Shown here one piece after another: positions 1-14,082 of a DNA stretch of 64,000 nt. This DNA is from Eledone cirrhosa (Eukaryota), in the NCBI GenBank assembly GCA_964016885.1, contig OZ024754.1, positions 37,572,001 to 37,636,000 on the forward strand. The letters run 5' to 3'. A program made the translations under genes and the position numbers. Below the pieces are notes generated by a model. It was not told where the DNA came from. It saw only the letters and a list, made by a program, of their open reading frames with translations, and made no database searches. The stretch's first letter is position 1, and every line of letters begins with the position of its first letter.

Positions 1-431
1 ATACTATATGTAGAACAAATATTTGCGCCAGAGGCACAAATATAACATATTTTAATTCAATTTTGATCTCATGTATTAATGTTTGAAATTTTACTGACAA
101 TATTCCATTTTGGTTTTCAAACAAACCTATCTGACTGGATGGTTTGGTGATTACTACAAGTAATAAATGAAATATTTTATTCTTTCTCTCCAGAACCACT
201 TATTTCTTTTCATTGCAGAGCGAGAGTTTTACAAATTAAAATGCTATCTATACTGGCAAGATATCACGCAGTGTAAAGAAAATGTTGCAATTAATTTTGT
301 CATAACACAAAGATATTTCGTTCTTCATGTGACTGTGTGTACGATAAAGCAAAGTGTTTGGTGTATGGTATAATGGTAGATGGTATATTGAGCTTCAACT
401 TCAGTATATACTAACATTCCATCAGCCAATA

Positions 432-479
<48 letters not shown>

Positions 480-560
480 AACATATGTATGCATATATAA
501 GGGCGGTGCCCCAGCATGGCCTCAGCCGGATGGCTGAAACAGGTAAAAGAGCAAAAGAGT

Positions 561-600
<40 letters not shown>

Positions 601-995
601 AACATATGTATGCATATATATACTTCCCTTTTCTTATATATATAGATATATATATACATATTTATATACATATATATATATATATAGTAATAATAATAAA
701 TTTGAAGACTAAAATATATATATATATAAATATATACATATGTATACATATATACATATGTATATATATAGATAGATATATAGATATATATAAATATATA
801 TACATATGTATATATATAGATAGATATATAGATATATATAAACATATATACATATGTATACATATGTTTATGTGTGTGTATATGTGTGTGGTGTGTATAT
901 GTGTGTGCATATATATATATATGTATAAATATATATATTTATATAGACACACACACACACACACGTATACATCTATTTGTGTGTATGTCTGTTCA

Positions 996-1036
<41 letters not shown>

Positions 1037-1679
1037 GTGTGTGTGTGTGTGTGTATTTGTATGTATGTACATATGCATATATACATATATATATATATGG
1101 GGAAAAGCGGACATAAAATGATGATGATGATGATGTGAGTGTGTGTGTGATTGTATGTCTGTATGTATGTATGTATGTATGTATGTATGTATGTATGTAT
1201 GTATGTATGTATGTATCTATGTATGTGTATTCAGCCAGAGAAAACTGGAGTGTAATAAAAATTTTACGAGAGCCGACTCTTCGCTGGTATTTGGCAGTGA
1301 ATTCTTGTGGTGTCATAATTGAAACCCCCTTCCTTTCACAGACCGACTTTCCAATAGATCGATACTGAGGGATGGGTGGGGGATTATGGGCTAAGGGTTG
1401 AGATTTCATAAGCTACTTCTTCTTTATTTATCGATATTGAGAAGAGCAATTTTTTCTATTTGTTCCAAAGGCAAAGCATCTCATTGAAGAATGAAATTTG
1501 TCTTAACCTATTCTGTTGTACCAATGTTTTATCTTTGATATTAATTCACACAAAGTATGTTGGAAAATATTCCATTTGCCTGCCGAGACTAAAGCATCTT
1601 TCTTTGCCTAGCTGCTGTTATCTTCATAAACATATGAATGTCTTAACCTCTTGTATTTTATCATTTTTATTATTTTTGA

Positions 1680-1980
1680 GCGCGATGCGGAAACACGGTG
1701 TCGGTATATGCGGACGACATCACCGTGATGGCGTCGAACACCTTGAAAATTGAGGTGGTCGGCACCTGCTTGGAGGAATATGAAAAGTTGATGGGAGAAA
1801 AACTAAAACCAGGAAACAGTCGGTGGGCTTGCAGCTCGGCACCTGGAGAGGCAAGTCCATGCCGTTCAACAACATTGTAGGGCACTGGACGGACGGACCG
1901 GTAAAGTTGCTCGTGGTCTGTTTCAGACCAGATCTCCAGTTGGATAAGAATTGGGATGAAGTGTCGATCAGGGTGCATGT
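1680..1980 (+). mobile_element. L1/Tx1-like reverse transcriptase fragment, frameshifted
   Basis: SVYADDITVM..., then GLQLGTWRG...GPVKLL..F.PDLQLDKNW in a second frame. Confidence 0.75.
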
Positions 1981-2628
1981 CCAAACCAATTTAGGGCTTT
2001 TTCACTCATGTTTGAGGAACCTCTCCCTGGTTGACCTCCACCACTTTCTGTTTGGTTTTGGTCATGCCAGGGATATATCTATACTCACCACACTTGGCCA
2101 ATTGCAGGTGGGTGAAGCTATTTAACCCATAGTTGGGGTGGATGGTCACTGACTCAGAAGAGTTCATCCATCCTTTTAACAGCTCTTGTTACTGCTGGGG
2201 TTCTATTACCATCATCACCTGACGAGGGTCTGGTGTGGGAACCAGTTTAGTCACTGACCATTAGACCATGAAGCAGGTTGTACTGGGTTACATGGTACCA
2301 GTAACTGACAGAAGCCTGACCTGACCATATATGAGGATGGGGCTGAAATGTTCATAAGTTGACTAAAAAGGAGTGATGCTAGAGCTGTGAAATCTTGCAT
2401 ACATTAATTTCAATTTTCATTAATAACTGCATTGTTTCTTTCCAGAGACTATGTTGAAAAAAATAAAAACTACATTTGGTCATTCCATGAGAGTATCTTG
2501 GTCAGCCTATAAACATTTCACCTGACTATCATATCTGTGCATTTAACCCACATAATTATAGAGTGAATCATTGATTTCAAACATTGTGTGTGTGGTGAAG
2601 AAGTGGGGGGGGAGAGCTATGTGTGTGT

Positions 2629-2680
<52 letters not shown>

Positions 2681-3123
2681 GAGTTTGTGTGTATGTGTGT
2701 GTATGTAGTGGTTATGCAATGTAACTACGGGTTTCCATTTGCAAATGAGGACAAAAATATATTCCCAGATCTAGAAATATGGCAGCCATTAACGCTAGAG
2801 ATGGCCTATATTTATTATGCGTATAAAATTAGCTGTACTCCGTTCTCAACAAATACTACACAGGAAAATAATTGCTATTCATCTCAGTGTTTACTAATGA
2901 ATTACCTCCCTTTCGCGGGAAAGGAAAAAGGAATTAGTATGTAGAAGAGTAGTGATGAAAGGGAAATGTAAAATATGAAATTAATCTCATCTTTTTCTGT
3001 TTACTTGCAAGTGGTAAGTTAATGATTGAAATAACAAAAGATGGCCTCAATCAAAATTCATATGGAATTATTCAACACACACATATATATATGTGTGTGT
3101 ATATATATATTATATATATATAT

Positions 3124-3158
<35 letters not shown>

Positions 3159-3172
3159 ATATATATATATAT

Positions 3173-3203
<31 letters not shown>

Positions 3204-3230
3204 ATATATATATATATTATATATATATAT

Positions 3231-3263
<33 letters not shown>

Positions 3264-3316
3264 ATATATATATATATTATATATATATTATATATATATA
3301 TATTATATATATATAT

Positions 3317-3351
<35 letters not shown>

Positions 3352-3580
3352 ATATATATATATATTATATATATATATTATATATATATAAATGAAAAGT
3401 ATAGAAATTGTTGTAGCGAGAAGCTAACAGTATTCCATAACATATATATATTATATATATATATATATTATATATATATATTATATATATTTATAAATAT
3501 ATATATATTATATATATATATATATATTATATATATATATATATATTATTTATATATATTATATATATATATATATATAT

Positions 3581-3618
<38 letters not shown>

Positions 3619-3671
3619 ATACATATATATATAAATATATACATATATATATATATTATATACAATATGTA

Positions 3672-3863
3672 TAATTGTTTCTACTTTTGGCACAAGGCCA
3701 GCAATTACCCAGTGCATTACTGGTACTTTATTTTATCGACCCCGTAAGGATGAAAGGCAAAGTTAACCTCGGCGGGATTTGAACTCAGAATGGCAAGGGC
3801 CGTAACTCTATGCGTTCAAGCATGGTGTCCGACCCTCTACCTATACTGCCAATCCACTGCCCT
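3672..3863 (-). mobile_element. tRNA-derived SINE family A (~190 bp)
   Basis: B-box GAGTTCAAATCC and core ctttcatccttacggggtcgataaaataaagtaccag. Other copies near 5670, 17861, 19065, 19547, 24295, 28253, 44598, 48967, 51726, 54380, 56110, 56331, 57450, 59743, 60918 and 62680. Confidence 0.9.
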
Positions 3864-4314
3864 TAATATGTATAATATATATATACAATATATATAATAC
3901 ATATATAGTATACATACATTTGTTCTCGGTATGGTGTACTAACTATTGTGGAACTATTTCCATATATATATATATATATACAGGGGCCGGTTGTTGAGGA
4001 AACAACACATTGTATACGGCTGGCCCTCTGCATCATAAAATTTTTTTTTTGGGGGGGGGGGGGATTACTGGATTTTTGCAAATTTAAAGGTTTCTAAGGA
4101 ATTTTCAATGTTTATTTTAGGTTTTGCCATCTGAAGAGCTCAAGCTATCATAACTGATAGTCGTCAGTGAAATATGTATAACAGAGTTTTAAGTAAACCT
4201 GAATAAACTAAATATGGCCTCCGATCTTTTATTAATACATATATATTATATATTAATATTTATTATAATACATATTAATATTTATATATTTATATTTATA
4301 CATATATTCATATT

Positions 4315-4348
<34 letters not shown>

Positions 4349-4352
<4 letters not shown>

Positions 4353-4437
4353 GTCCCAAAAGAATGTATACACTATTCTAATAAATATTGCCTGTACAGG
4401 TAATCAAAGTGTGTATACATTTTTGGGGGACACCCTG
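4349..4437. mobile_element. Tiny Tc1/mariner-type MITE
   Basis: Inverted termini ggtgtcccaaaagaatgtatacac / gtgtatacattttt-gggggacaccctg inside a TA run. Confidence 0.6.
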
Positions 4438-4669
4438 AATATATATCATCATCATCACCATCATCCGTTCTTCCACGCTAGACGGGTTGTCCTGTTGTGG
4501 GCTGTGTCCGGTCGGCTGACCTTGTCTTGCTCATACGGGAACTGATTTGGCTTGATTTCTACAGCTGGATGCCCTTCCTAACACCAACCTCATTTACAGT
4601 GAGTGCTGGGTGCTTTTTTTCCGTGGCGCCTACACGTCCACTTTACAGTGTGGGCTGGGTGCTTTTTGC

Positions 4670-4707
<38 letters not shown>

Positions 4708-4772
4708 TTAAAGTAGAACACTGATGGTTATATCTGTAGTAGTAGAACACTCAGTCCATGGTAGAAGTTTAG

Positions 4773-4922
4773 TAGAAGTAATTCCACAATAGTTGTTTCA
4801 CCATATCCAAGAACAATTGTTTCCCCTTATTCGGACATCATTTTAAACAGAACTGATGATGCAAATAAGGTGAAACAATTGTTCTCGGAAATGGTGAATT
4901 AACTGTTGTGGAACTACTTCTA
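4773..4922. mobile_element. Diverged fold-back element with decayed hammerhead core (CTGATGA...GAAAcaattgTT)
   Basis: Imperfect ~65-bp inverted arms; related fragment at 3918-3962. Confidence 0.55.
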
Positions 4923-4964
4923 TATATATACACATCTATCTATATATATATATATATATATATA

Positions 4965-5340
4965 TGACCTCTGGTGTCATGCTGTAATACAGAAGGCTCG
5001 ACTTCCCACGGGTTCAAGCCGAGGCTAAAACATATAGACAATATGCCCCCACCTCCTTCCATTGCAAAGTGGTTGTGGAGGTGTCACTGTAAAAAAAAAA
5101 CCCCAGCCCACCCTTTAAAGTGGTTGTGTAGGTGTCACGGAAAAAAAGCACCCAGCATTCACTGTAAATGAGGTTGGGGTTAGGAAGGGCATCCAGCTGT
5201 AGAAATCAAGCCAGAATTACTTCCTGTATGAGCAAGACATGGTCAGCCTACCGGGCACTGCCCACAACAGGACAACCCATCAAAACTATGCTAGTGTGGA
5301 AGAATGGACGTAAAACAGTGATGATGATGATGATGATGAT
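4965..5340 (+). mobile_element. RTE-type 3'-end repeat family (ttaggaagggcatccagctgta...; (GAT)n tail)
   Basis: Copies at 4447-4672 (-), 9745-10260 (-, with an internal 48-bp tandem expansion), 22700-23040 (+) and 40900-41480 (+, preceded by RT C-terminal GHVMR...W...IKTDL). Confidence 0.75.
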
Positions 5341-5389
5341 ATATATATATATATATATATAAACGGACATAAAAAGATGATGATGATGA

Positions 5390-5427
<38 letters not shown>

Positions 5428-5971
5428 GGACATAAAAAGATGATGATGATGATATATTCCAAATTATATTGTGGGAGAAAACGAAGAAAGGAAAAAAGGA
5501 AGAAATTATCTAAGTGTATCCTTTATTGCTGCCATGTTTTCCTGTCGCAATAATTCTCAGAGCCGCTAGACTGATTAAAGAGAAAACGAAATCAGCCAAG
5601 TAAAAGTATCAAGAATATAATTATGGAACTAATGAATACAACATTTTACAATCGTTCATTTGTTTCCCATTGGCAGAATTGTTAGAACTTTGAGTAGAAT
5701 GGTTTGTGGTATTTGTTCTGTCTCTCTGACATCGGAGTTCAAATCCTACCAAGGTCAACTTTACCTTTTATCCCTTTGAGGTCGATAAAAAAAAAGTATC
5801 AGTCCAGTATTGGAGCTGATTCTTCCTCTATATCTCTTTCGCACTGCATGTAAGATTTCACAGCTCTAGCAGCACTCATTCATAGTCAGCCAATGAACTT
5901 TTCAGCCAACTCTTGTATAGCAATGGAAATTGAGGCAGCCATCAAGAACAACATTTTTGAAAACTTTCAAA

Positions 5972-6054
<83 letters not shown>

Positions 6055-6060
6055 TTTCTC

Positions 6061-6121
<61 letters not shown>

Positions 6122-7146
6122 ATCTCACTCTCTCTCTCTCTCTCTTTCTCTCCCTCTCTCTCTCTAGAAGACAGGCTGTGTTCAAACTAGGAGAGGTGAT
6201 GAGCTCTATCTGGGGCTACAGGTAGTTAGGTACATATGCAGGTATCTGTGTGTGAATGTTTGTACATACATATTTTTGCAGCGTAAAGAGAAATGTAGTT
6301 CATATGAATGTGTTGAGGAGTTGTGCAGCGCAGTTGAATGTTATTGAGTAGATGTAATGATGGAAGGAACTGGCTTGTGTTTGTTGTGGTTCCTTTGAGT
6401 GTGGCAGAGGTTGTAGGGATATAGTGACTACTTCTTAACTGGTTGAAATCATTTCTGCAACTACCCTCTATTGGCTCTGAAAGCTGCTATTTATCAGAAT
6501 CACTCGTTCTGTCTCCAGAACTTGGAAATAGGCAATGATAGTGGCGATGGTGATGGTAGTGATGGTAGCGATGGTGGTGATGGTGGTGGTGGTGGTGGTG
6601 GTGGCGATGGTGGTGATGGTAGTGGTGATGGTGGTGGTGGTGATGTTGATGGTAGTGATGGTAGCGATGGTGGCGATGGTGGTGGTGATGGTAACGATGG
6701 AAGCAATGGTGGTGATGATGGCAATGGTGGTGATGGTGGTGATGGTGGTGATGGTGGTGACAGTGGCAATGGTGGTGATGGTAGTGACAGTGGCAATGGT
6801 GGTGATGGTGGTGACAGTGGTGATGGTGGTGACAGTGGCAATGGTGGTGACAGTGGTGTTACTGCTGTTTTACTGTACTGTTTGCACAATTTAAAAAAAA
6901 AAATATTTTGAACACTATTTACTTATGTTTTTTATTGTGCAACTGTAAGAGTTTATGCTTAGAGCTCTGTCTGTTTATTTTATTTTCACATTGCTTGTAA
7001 TCATTTTAAGTTTGTTTTGTTAGTGTGTTTCAATATAGCCGGGAGTGTGTTTTTTTGTGTTATTAAAACTACTGTTATCATCACAATGAAGAGCAATTTT
7101 TTACTCTGGTGGCCATCGTTTAGCATAAGTAAATATTACATATAGC

Positions 7147-7182
<36 letters not shown>

Positions 7183-8589
7183 TGTTGTCATAGTTGTTGT
7201 CACCGTCGTTCGTCATGTAACATCTTCTTTCATTTCAAGCAAGCATTGGACGGGTCAACATTGACCAAGTCAGTACTGAAGCAAGGCTACTGACCTCCCA
7301 GATAGGCCAGGATGGAGGAGAGGTTTAGCTAAATAAAATAAGGTCAAGACAAACTTTTTTTTTTCCATTCTAGGGAATTAAGATGGAATTTTTAATTAAT
7401 CAGAAAACTTTTGCCAATATTCCAGAATAAGATTTGGAGAAAAAAACATTTTAGACGTTTAGTGAAAGGTTTTGCTGTATTCTGTATTGGTAGTGGAGAT
7501 TATAACCTTAAAGAAGATAGAGATGTATGGCTGCGGGCTTATGTTTAGTCCTGGTGGAAAGATCAGAGGGCATATTTCAAAACATAATAAAGATTTATTT
7601 TTGCTTGATGTGAACGCATGTAGAAAGGGTGCGAAGTGGTACAGAGATTTTGAGTAACAAAGCTGACATGTAATGGCAAATCTCTGAAAGGCAAGTACTT
7701 TGGAACCAAGTTGTTGGTTACGGTAAATCTCCTAAAAGCCACATAATGAAACTACTCTCATTGTTAGAGAGCAAAATGACAGGAGTAGGGAATCCATTAT
7801 GAGCTGCTAGACGACGACTCCAAAATGCAACTGGTGGGTAGTTTTGAAAGATGGTGTCTTGACTGGGAAAGCTATTTGTAAGTTGCTGGTGTCAACGAAA
7901 TGCAAATCGCAACTGCTAGTTAGAACTGAAAAGAGGCATGAAGCAACTGTTGGGCAGAAGTCGTCTTTTGTATTCATACACCACCAACCCTAAGGGCTGG
8001 CGAGTGACAAAGCATGATAAAATTACTCCACAGCAATAAAATAGTGCCATTGGTTGCTACAGACGTTTTTCAGTCATAGTACAATTAATGTTTCTATAGC
8101 TCCGTGAAATACAACAGTTCACACTAAACAACAATGGCAACAGTGATGACAGTGAAGAAAACAATTACTAGAAATATCTTTTCTAATCTTTATATCCACT
8201 TACATCATTGTGTGAAATGTCATGAAGATATTTCAATTGTTATTTGTTAATATTTATGATAGTTTTTTAAGGCCAATTGCATCTCACAAGAGGTCAGCCT
8301 GTTTGAAAAGGAATATACTATCTGCTGGATCTTTAGGCTAACTACTTCCCATGAGAGATCAGTGTACTGGAAAAGAGGAATACTATGTGCTTGACCTTTA
8401 GAGGCCAATTACAAACAATGTCGATAGAATATATGACCATACATAAGTGAGAAACAGACCCTTCGGCCAGTCTGGGAAGTCAGTAGCCCCACTGCAGTAC
8501 CGGCTTGGTTAACGTATACCTATCTAACTCTTACTAGCAGCGAAAGCGGGTGCTAAACAATGATGATGATGATAGCTTAAAGTAAGCTG

Positions 8590-8875
8590 CTTCAATACCT
8601 CTCTAACCTTGGACCAGACCAAAAAGTATTGGATCCTGTCCAACTTAAGCTTCCAGGTCAGTTCGGAAAGGGCCATGCTTTTCCGTTTATCGATCATATT
8701 AAAGGAGTGGCAGTGATTATGCTACCTGTCCTTGAAGCTTGTCAAAACTGCTCCTATGTATATATACGTCAAGTTGGGAGTAGAGACTCTGCACTGGTAA
8801 ACGAGATTTTTCACCAGGCATTTATTGTCAAGTGGGCATGAGATGGAGTTTCTGCAGTTACATAATTTGGTCGAC
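8590..8875 (-). mobile_element. Penelope-like element GIY-YIG endonuclease fragment (one internal stop)
   Basis: Hand translation LCNCRNSISCPLDNKCLVKNLVYQCRVSTPNLTYIYIGAVLTSFKDR*HNHCHSF...LSELTWKLK...W. Confidence 0.88.
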
Positions 8876-8896
8876 ACCTGTGTATTTACTGCAGCC

Positions 8897-9184
8897 CCAT
8901 GTTGCCACTATTTGAGTCTACATGTGTGTAACTCTAAAGAAAGCACCATGTTGATGCCATTTAAGTCTACATGTGTCTAACTCTAAAGAAAGCACCATGT
9001 TGCCACCATTTGAGTCTACATGTGTCTAACTCTAAAGAAAGCACCATGTTGCCACTATTTAAGTCTACATGTGTCTAACGCTAAAGAAAGCACCATGTTG
9101 GCGTCATTTAAGTCTACATGTGTCTAACTCTAAAGAAAGCACCATGTTGGCATCATTTAAGTCTATATGTGTCTAACTCTAAAG
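8897..9184. repeat. 49-bp tandem repeat, ~6 copies
   Basis: ccatgttgccactatttgagtctacatgtgtctaactctaaagaaagca at 8897, 8946, 8995 and onward. Confidence 0.95.
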
Positions 9185-10810
9185 GTGATATGTGTTCAGA
9201 AGGACATTATTGAGAATACTAAGAACAACAAAACCCAAGTGTTAATGGTTAAAAGGTAAAAAATCTCTAATCTCTAATCTGGCTGAGCTTACACTCCCAA
9301 ATAAGAAGAACCAGGGCTGCTAGGAGCTTTGGATTTGGTGTACTTCATATTTGTTTCTGTTGCTGAATACATGAATACAATCAGGGGTCGCTGCTTCTCC
9401 TGAAGGTCAAAAGTTCTCTTCTAACTCAAGTGGGAGCGCCTTTCCATTCTCAATTTATATTGATCATCTGCAAAGCCGCATTGTTCTCAGAACCACTACA
9501 CCAGTCTTTCGATGTGTGCAGCTGGAACTACTGCCACCCATTGATTTGGCAGGATTTTTTTTTTCTTTCAGATCACATTTTAAGTAGAAAACGAGATGGT
9601 TTGGTCTTGTATCATGACACCATCTAACCATACTTCTAATGAGTATAAACCAATAGGGAAACCTTGTGTGGTCATTAGACATTTTAGAAATAGCAACCAA
9701 ATTTCCCTCAAATCATGCCCCTCTATCTTTAAAAAATGTACACATTCATCATCATCATCATCATTTTCATCGATTAACGTCTATCTTCCACGCTAGCATG
9801 GGTGAGACAGGTCCCATTTAGAGGCAAGTTGGGTCGGGTGACCGTGTCTCGCTCATATAGGAGTGTTTCTGGATGGTTTTCTATGGCTGGATGCCCTTCC
9901 CAATGCCAACCACGCTGACAGTGTGGGCTGGGTGCTTTTTGCTGTGTCTTTTATCCGTCCACTTTACAGTGAGGGCTGGGTGCTTTTTGCCATATATTTT
10001 ACATGTCCACTTTACAGTGAGCGCTGGGTGCTTTTTGCCGTGTCTTTTATACATCCACTTTACAGTGTGGGGTGGGTGCTTTTTGCCATGTCTTTTACAT
10101 GTCCACTTTACAGTGTGGGCTGGGTGCTTTTTGCCATGTCTTTTACATGTCCACTTTACAGTGTGGGCTGAGGGGGTGAGGCATACTATACATATGCTTC
10201 AGCTTGTGCTCATGGGAAGCCGGGTCTTCTGTATTACTGCGTATCACCAGAGATCCCGGTCATGTGTCATCGCCTTTGAGAGGTGCAATTGGGCAAGGTC
10301 GGCTTTTATCACACTCATCCCAAGCCTTCCTGGGTCTCCCCACTCCAAGGCTTCCAACCACTTGCATAATGCAATTCATGCTTCCGTGAAATTTGAGGAA
10401 AAAAGCAAACAGAATAGTTACAACAGTTTTTGATCATATGTCTACATTATCAGGAATGGTTAGTGACTAAACAACAATAATAGAGAATATTTTTTCCCAT
10501 TCTAACCAAATTTCACAAATTTCACAGAATTTGACTTTAGCTTTCTTGACGCTGAGGTCAGTAAATATGAAAATCCGACCAGCTAAATTCCTCATAAATA
10601 AACTTGTACTCGAGTGTTTTTCTATGAAATCAATATATTTTCGTTGCAATGTCGAGTTTTACATATCTAACTACACTAGCATGATGTCAGTTATATGTCG
10701 TGGAAAAACCGATATTGTTGAATATGAAATCTCTATACACAAACATTAATATACACACATATATATACACATATCTTGTAATAAAAACATTACTTTCCAA
10801 TATCATATCT

Positions 10811-10845
<35 letters not shown>

Positions 10846-11141
10846 TAGATAAATAACTATATATATATATATATATATTCATAAATAAATAACTATATAT
10901 ATATAAGTATGCATGTATACGTACATACATATATGTATACAGACGTACAGTAGCATGCACATATATATATATATATACATATATACATACATATGCATAC
11001 AGGTACACATACATATATGCACGTATCAGTTTAGCGGCGCTAACGTCGCTTTGTTCGTTTGTAAACAAACTGAACAGCCTGAATTTATGCCATACGGTGT
11101 TAAGGCAACCACGTCACCTTTTTGTTCAACACTGACACAGG

Positions 11142-11186
11142 AACGATGTACTAGTTTCAAGCTTGTTAGCTATCATCAGCACCGTT
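11142..11186 (-). ncRNA. Type I hammerhead ribozyme (inverted unit)
   Basis: Reverse complement reads AACGGTG CTGATGA tAGCTaacaAGCTt GAAA ctag TA CATCGTT. Confidence 0.85.
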
Positions 11187-11807
11187 TACCCATCTGCCAG
11201 ATAGTTGAACGTTCGAAAGTATATACTTTCCTTATGAAAATTAACGGCTGAGCAGCCTAATTTGCATATTGAGTGAGTTAAATCGGTCAGGCATACCGAA
11301 AACGATAAATTGAAACAAAATGAAAACGAAATTTCATTTCTCACTCTTAGTATGGCACTTACTTAAATGTAAGTATGCATGTATACGTACATACATATAT
11401 GTATACAGACGTACAGTAGCATGCACATATATATATATATATACATATATACATACATATGCATTACAAACGAACAAAGCGACGTTAGCGCCGCTAAACT
11501 GATACGTGCATATATGTATGTGTACCTGTATGCATATGTATGTATATATGTATATATATATATATATGTGCATGCTACTGTACGTCTGTATACATATATG
11601 TATGTACGTATACATGCATACTTACATTTAAGTAAGTGCCATACTAAGAGTGAGAAATGAAATTTCGTTTTCATTTTGTTTCAATTTATCGTTTTCGGTA
11701 TGCCTGACCGATTTAACTCACTCAATATGCAAATTAGGCTGCTCAGCCGTTAATTTTCATAAGGAAAGTATATACTTTCGAACGTTCAACTATCTGGCAG
11801 ATGGGTA

Positions 11808-11852
11808 AACGGTGCTGATGATAGCTAACAAGTTTGAAACTAGTACATCGTT
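11808..11852 (+). ncRNA. Type I hammerhead ribozyme, predicted cleavage after GUA at 11845
   Basis: Stem I aacggtg/catcgtt (7 bp), core CTGATGA...GAAA, palindromic stem III ACTAGT. This copy has a C>T change in stem II that keeps a G-U pair. Confidence 0.85.
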
Positions 11853-12273
11853 CCTGTGTCAGTGTTGAACAAAAAGGTGACGTGGTTGCCTTAACACCGT
11901 ATGGCATAAATTCAGGCTGTTCAGTTTGTTTACAAACGAACAAAGCGACGTTAGCGCCGCTAAACTGATACGTGCATATATGTATGTGTACCTGTATGCA
12001 TATGTATGTATATATGTATATATATATATATATGTGCATGCTACTGTACGTCTGTATACATATATGTATGTACGTATACATGCATACTTACATTTAAGTA
12101 AGTGCCATACTAAGAGTGAGAAATGAAATTTCGTTTTCATTTTGTTTCAATTTATCGTTTTCGGTATGCCTGACCGATTTAACTCACTCAATATGCAAAT
12201 TAGGCTGCTCAGCCGTTAATTTTCATAAGGAAAGTATATACTTTCGAACGTTCAACTATCTGGCAGATGGGTA

Positions 12274-12318
12274 AACGGTGCTGATGATAGCTAACAAGCT
12301 TGAAACTAGTACATCGTT
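12274..12318 (+). ncRNA. Type I hammerhead ribozyme, predicted cleavage after 12311
   Basis: Same motif 466 nt downstream. Confidence 0.85.
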
Positions 12319-12739
12319 CCTGTGTCAGTGTTGAACAAAAAGGTGACGTGGTTGCCTTAACACCGTATGGCATAAATTCAGGCTGTTCAGTTTGTTTACA
12401 AACGAACAAAGCGACGTTAGCGCCGCTAAACTGATACGTGCATATATGTATGTGTACCTGTATGCATATGTATGTATATATGTATATATATATATATATG
12501 TGCATGCTACTGTACGTCTGTATACATATATGTATGTACGTATACATGCATACTTACATTTAAGTAAGTGCCATACTAAGAGTGAGAAATGAAATTTCGT
12601 TTTCATTTTGTTTCAATTTATCGTTTTCGGTATGCCTGACCGATTTAACTCACTCAATATGCAAATTAGGCTGCTCAGCCGTTAATTTTCATAAGGAAAG
12701 TATATACTTTCGAACGTTCAACTATCTGGCAGATGGGTA

Positions 12740-12784
12740 AACGGTGCTGATGATAGCTAACAAGCTTGAAACTAGTACATCGTT
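12740..12784 (+). ncRNA. Type I hammerhead ribozyme, predicted cleavage after 12777
   Basis: Same motif a further 466 nt downstream. Confidence 0.85.
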
Positions 12785-13132
12785 CCTGTGTCAGTGTTGA
12801 ACAAAAAGGTGACGTGGTTGCCTTAACACCGTATGGCATAAATTCAGGCTGTTCAGTTTGTTTACAAACGAACAAAGCGACATTAGCGCCGCTAAACTGA
12901 TACGTGCATATATGTATGTGTACCTGTATGCATATGTATGTATATATGTATATATATATATATATGTGCATGCTACTGTACGTCTGTATACATATATGTA
13001 TGTACGTATACATGCATACTTACATTTAAGTAAGTGCCATACTAAGAGTGAGAAATGAAATTTCGTTTTCATTTTGTTTCAATTTATATATATATATATA
13101 TATATATACATACATAAATAAATAACTATATA

Positions 13133-13167
<35 letters not shown>

Positions 13168-13175
13168 ATTATATG

Positions 13176-13259
<84 letters not shown>

Positions 13260-13329
13260 CAAATAAATAATTATATATATATATATATATATACATATAT
13301 ATATCTGTGTGCGTATGTGTGTGTGTATA

Positions 13330-13386
<57 letters not shown>

Positions 13387-13779
13387 TTATGGAAAAGTTG
13401 ATTAGAAGCCAAATTATAGTAGAAATATTTGGCACCAGAAGCATATGACTATTTCTTTAGTATGGAAATCTAAAAATCTAAAACCCTTTGTAAAATATTT
13501 GATGAATGCGATAAATATGAATTATTTCTCATATCTATCGATCAATGACCAACTTCTGCAGTTTCTCTGCTTTAAACACTTAAATTATGAAACAAATCAA
13601 TGAATATATATAATATCATTTCATAGAATCTTCTTTTTAATTCTTTTTTATTGTTTTATATATTCTTTTTGTCTTTATATATATATATATATATTCACAC
13701 ACATGCATACACACATGCATACATATATGTATATATATGTGTGTGTGTGTGTATGTATGTATATGTGTGTGTGTGTATG

Positions 13780-13865
<86 letters not shown>

Positions 13866-13947
13866 GTGAAGTAAAAAACAAAATACAAGAAAAATAACAA
13901 AGAGTGCAGTACAAACAGTGTTGGTATTAGGTTCACGCATGTATGTA

Positions 13948-14025
<78 letters not shown>

Positions 14026-14030
14026 TACAC

Positions 14031-14082
<52 letters not shown>

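Larger units (their letters stand above)
10904..13087. mobile_element. Retrozyme-like / non-autonomous Penelope-type array: 466-bp unit, ~1.2 inverted copies (10904-11463) plus ~3.5 direct copies (11464-13087), one hammerhead per unit
   Basis: Near-identical units (ORF track repeats at 11743/12209/12675), inversion junction at 11463/11464, (TA)n on both flanks, no credible coding capacity. Confidence 0.85.

Noticed and set aside
167-385. Possible exon after tctttctctccag / cattgcag acceptors
   Set aside because: No recognisable product and no partner exons found; left uncalled.
3672-3863. SINE heads as tRNA genes
   Set aside because: A/B boxes are present but there is no cloverleaf, and they run into the SINE core and tail.
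6471-6911. Gly/Asp-rich ORFs (also 17010-17633)
   Set aside because: Degenerate (GGT/GAT)n microsatellite with no supporting gene structure.
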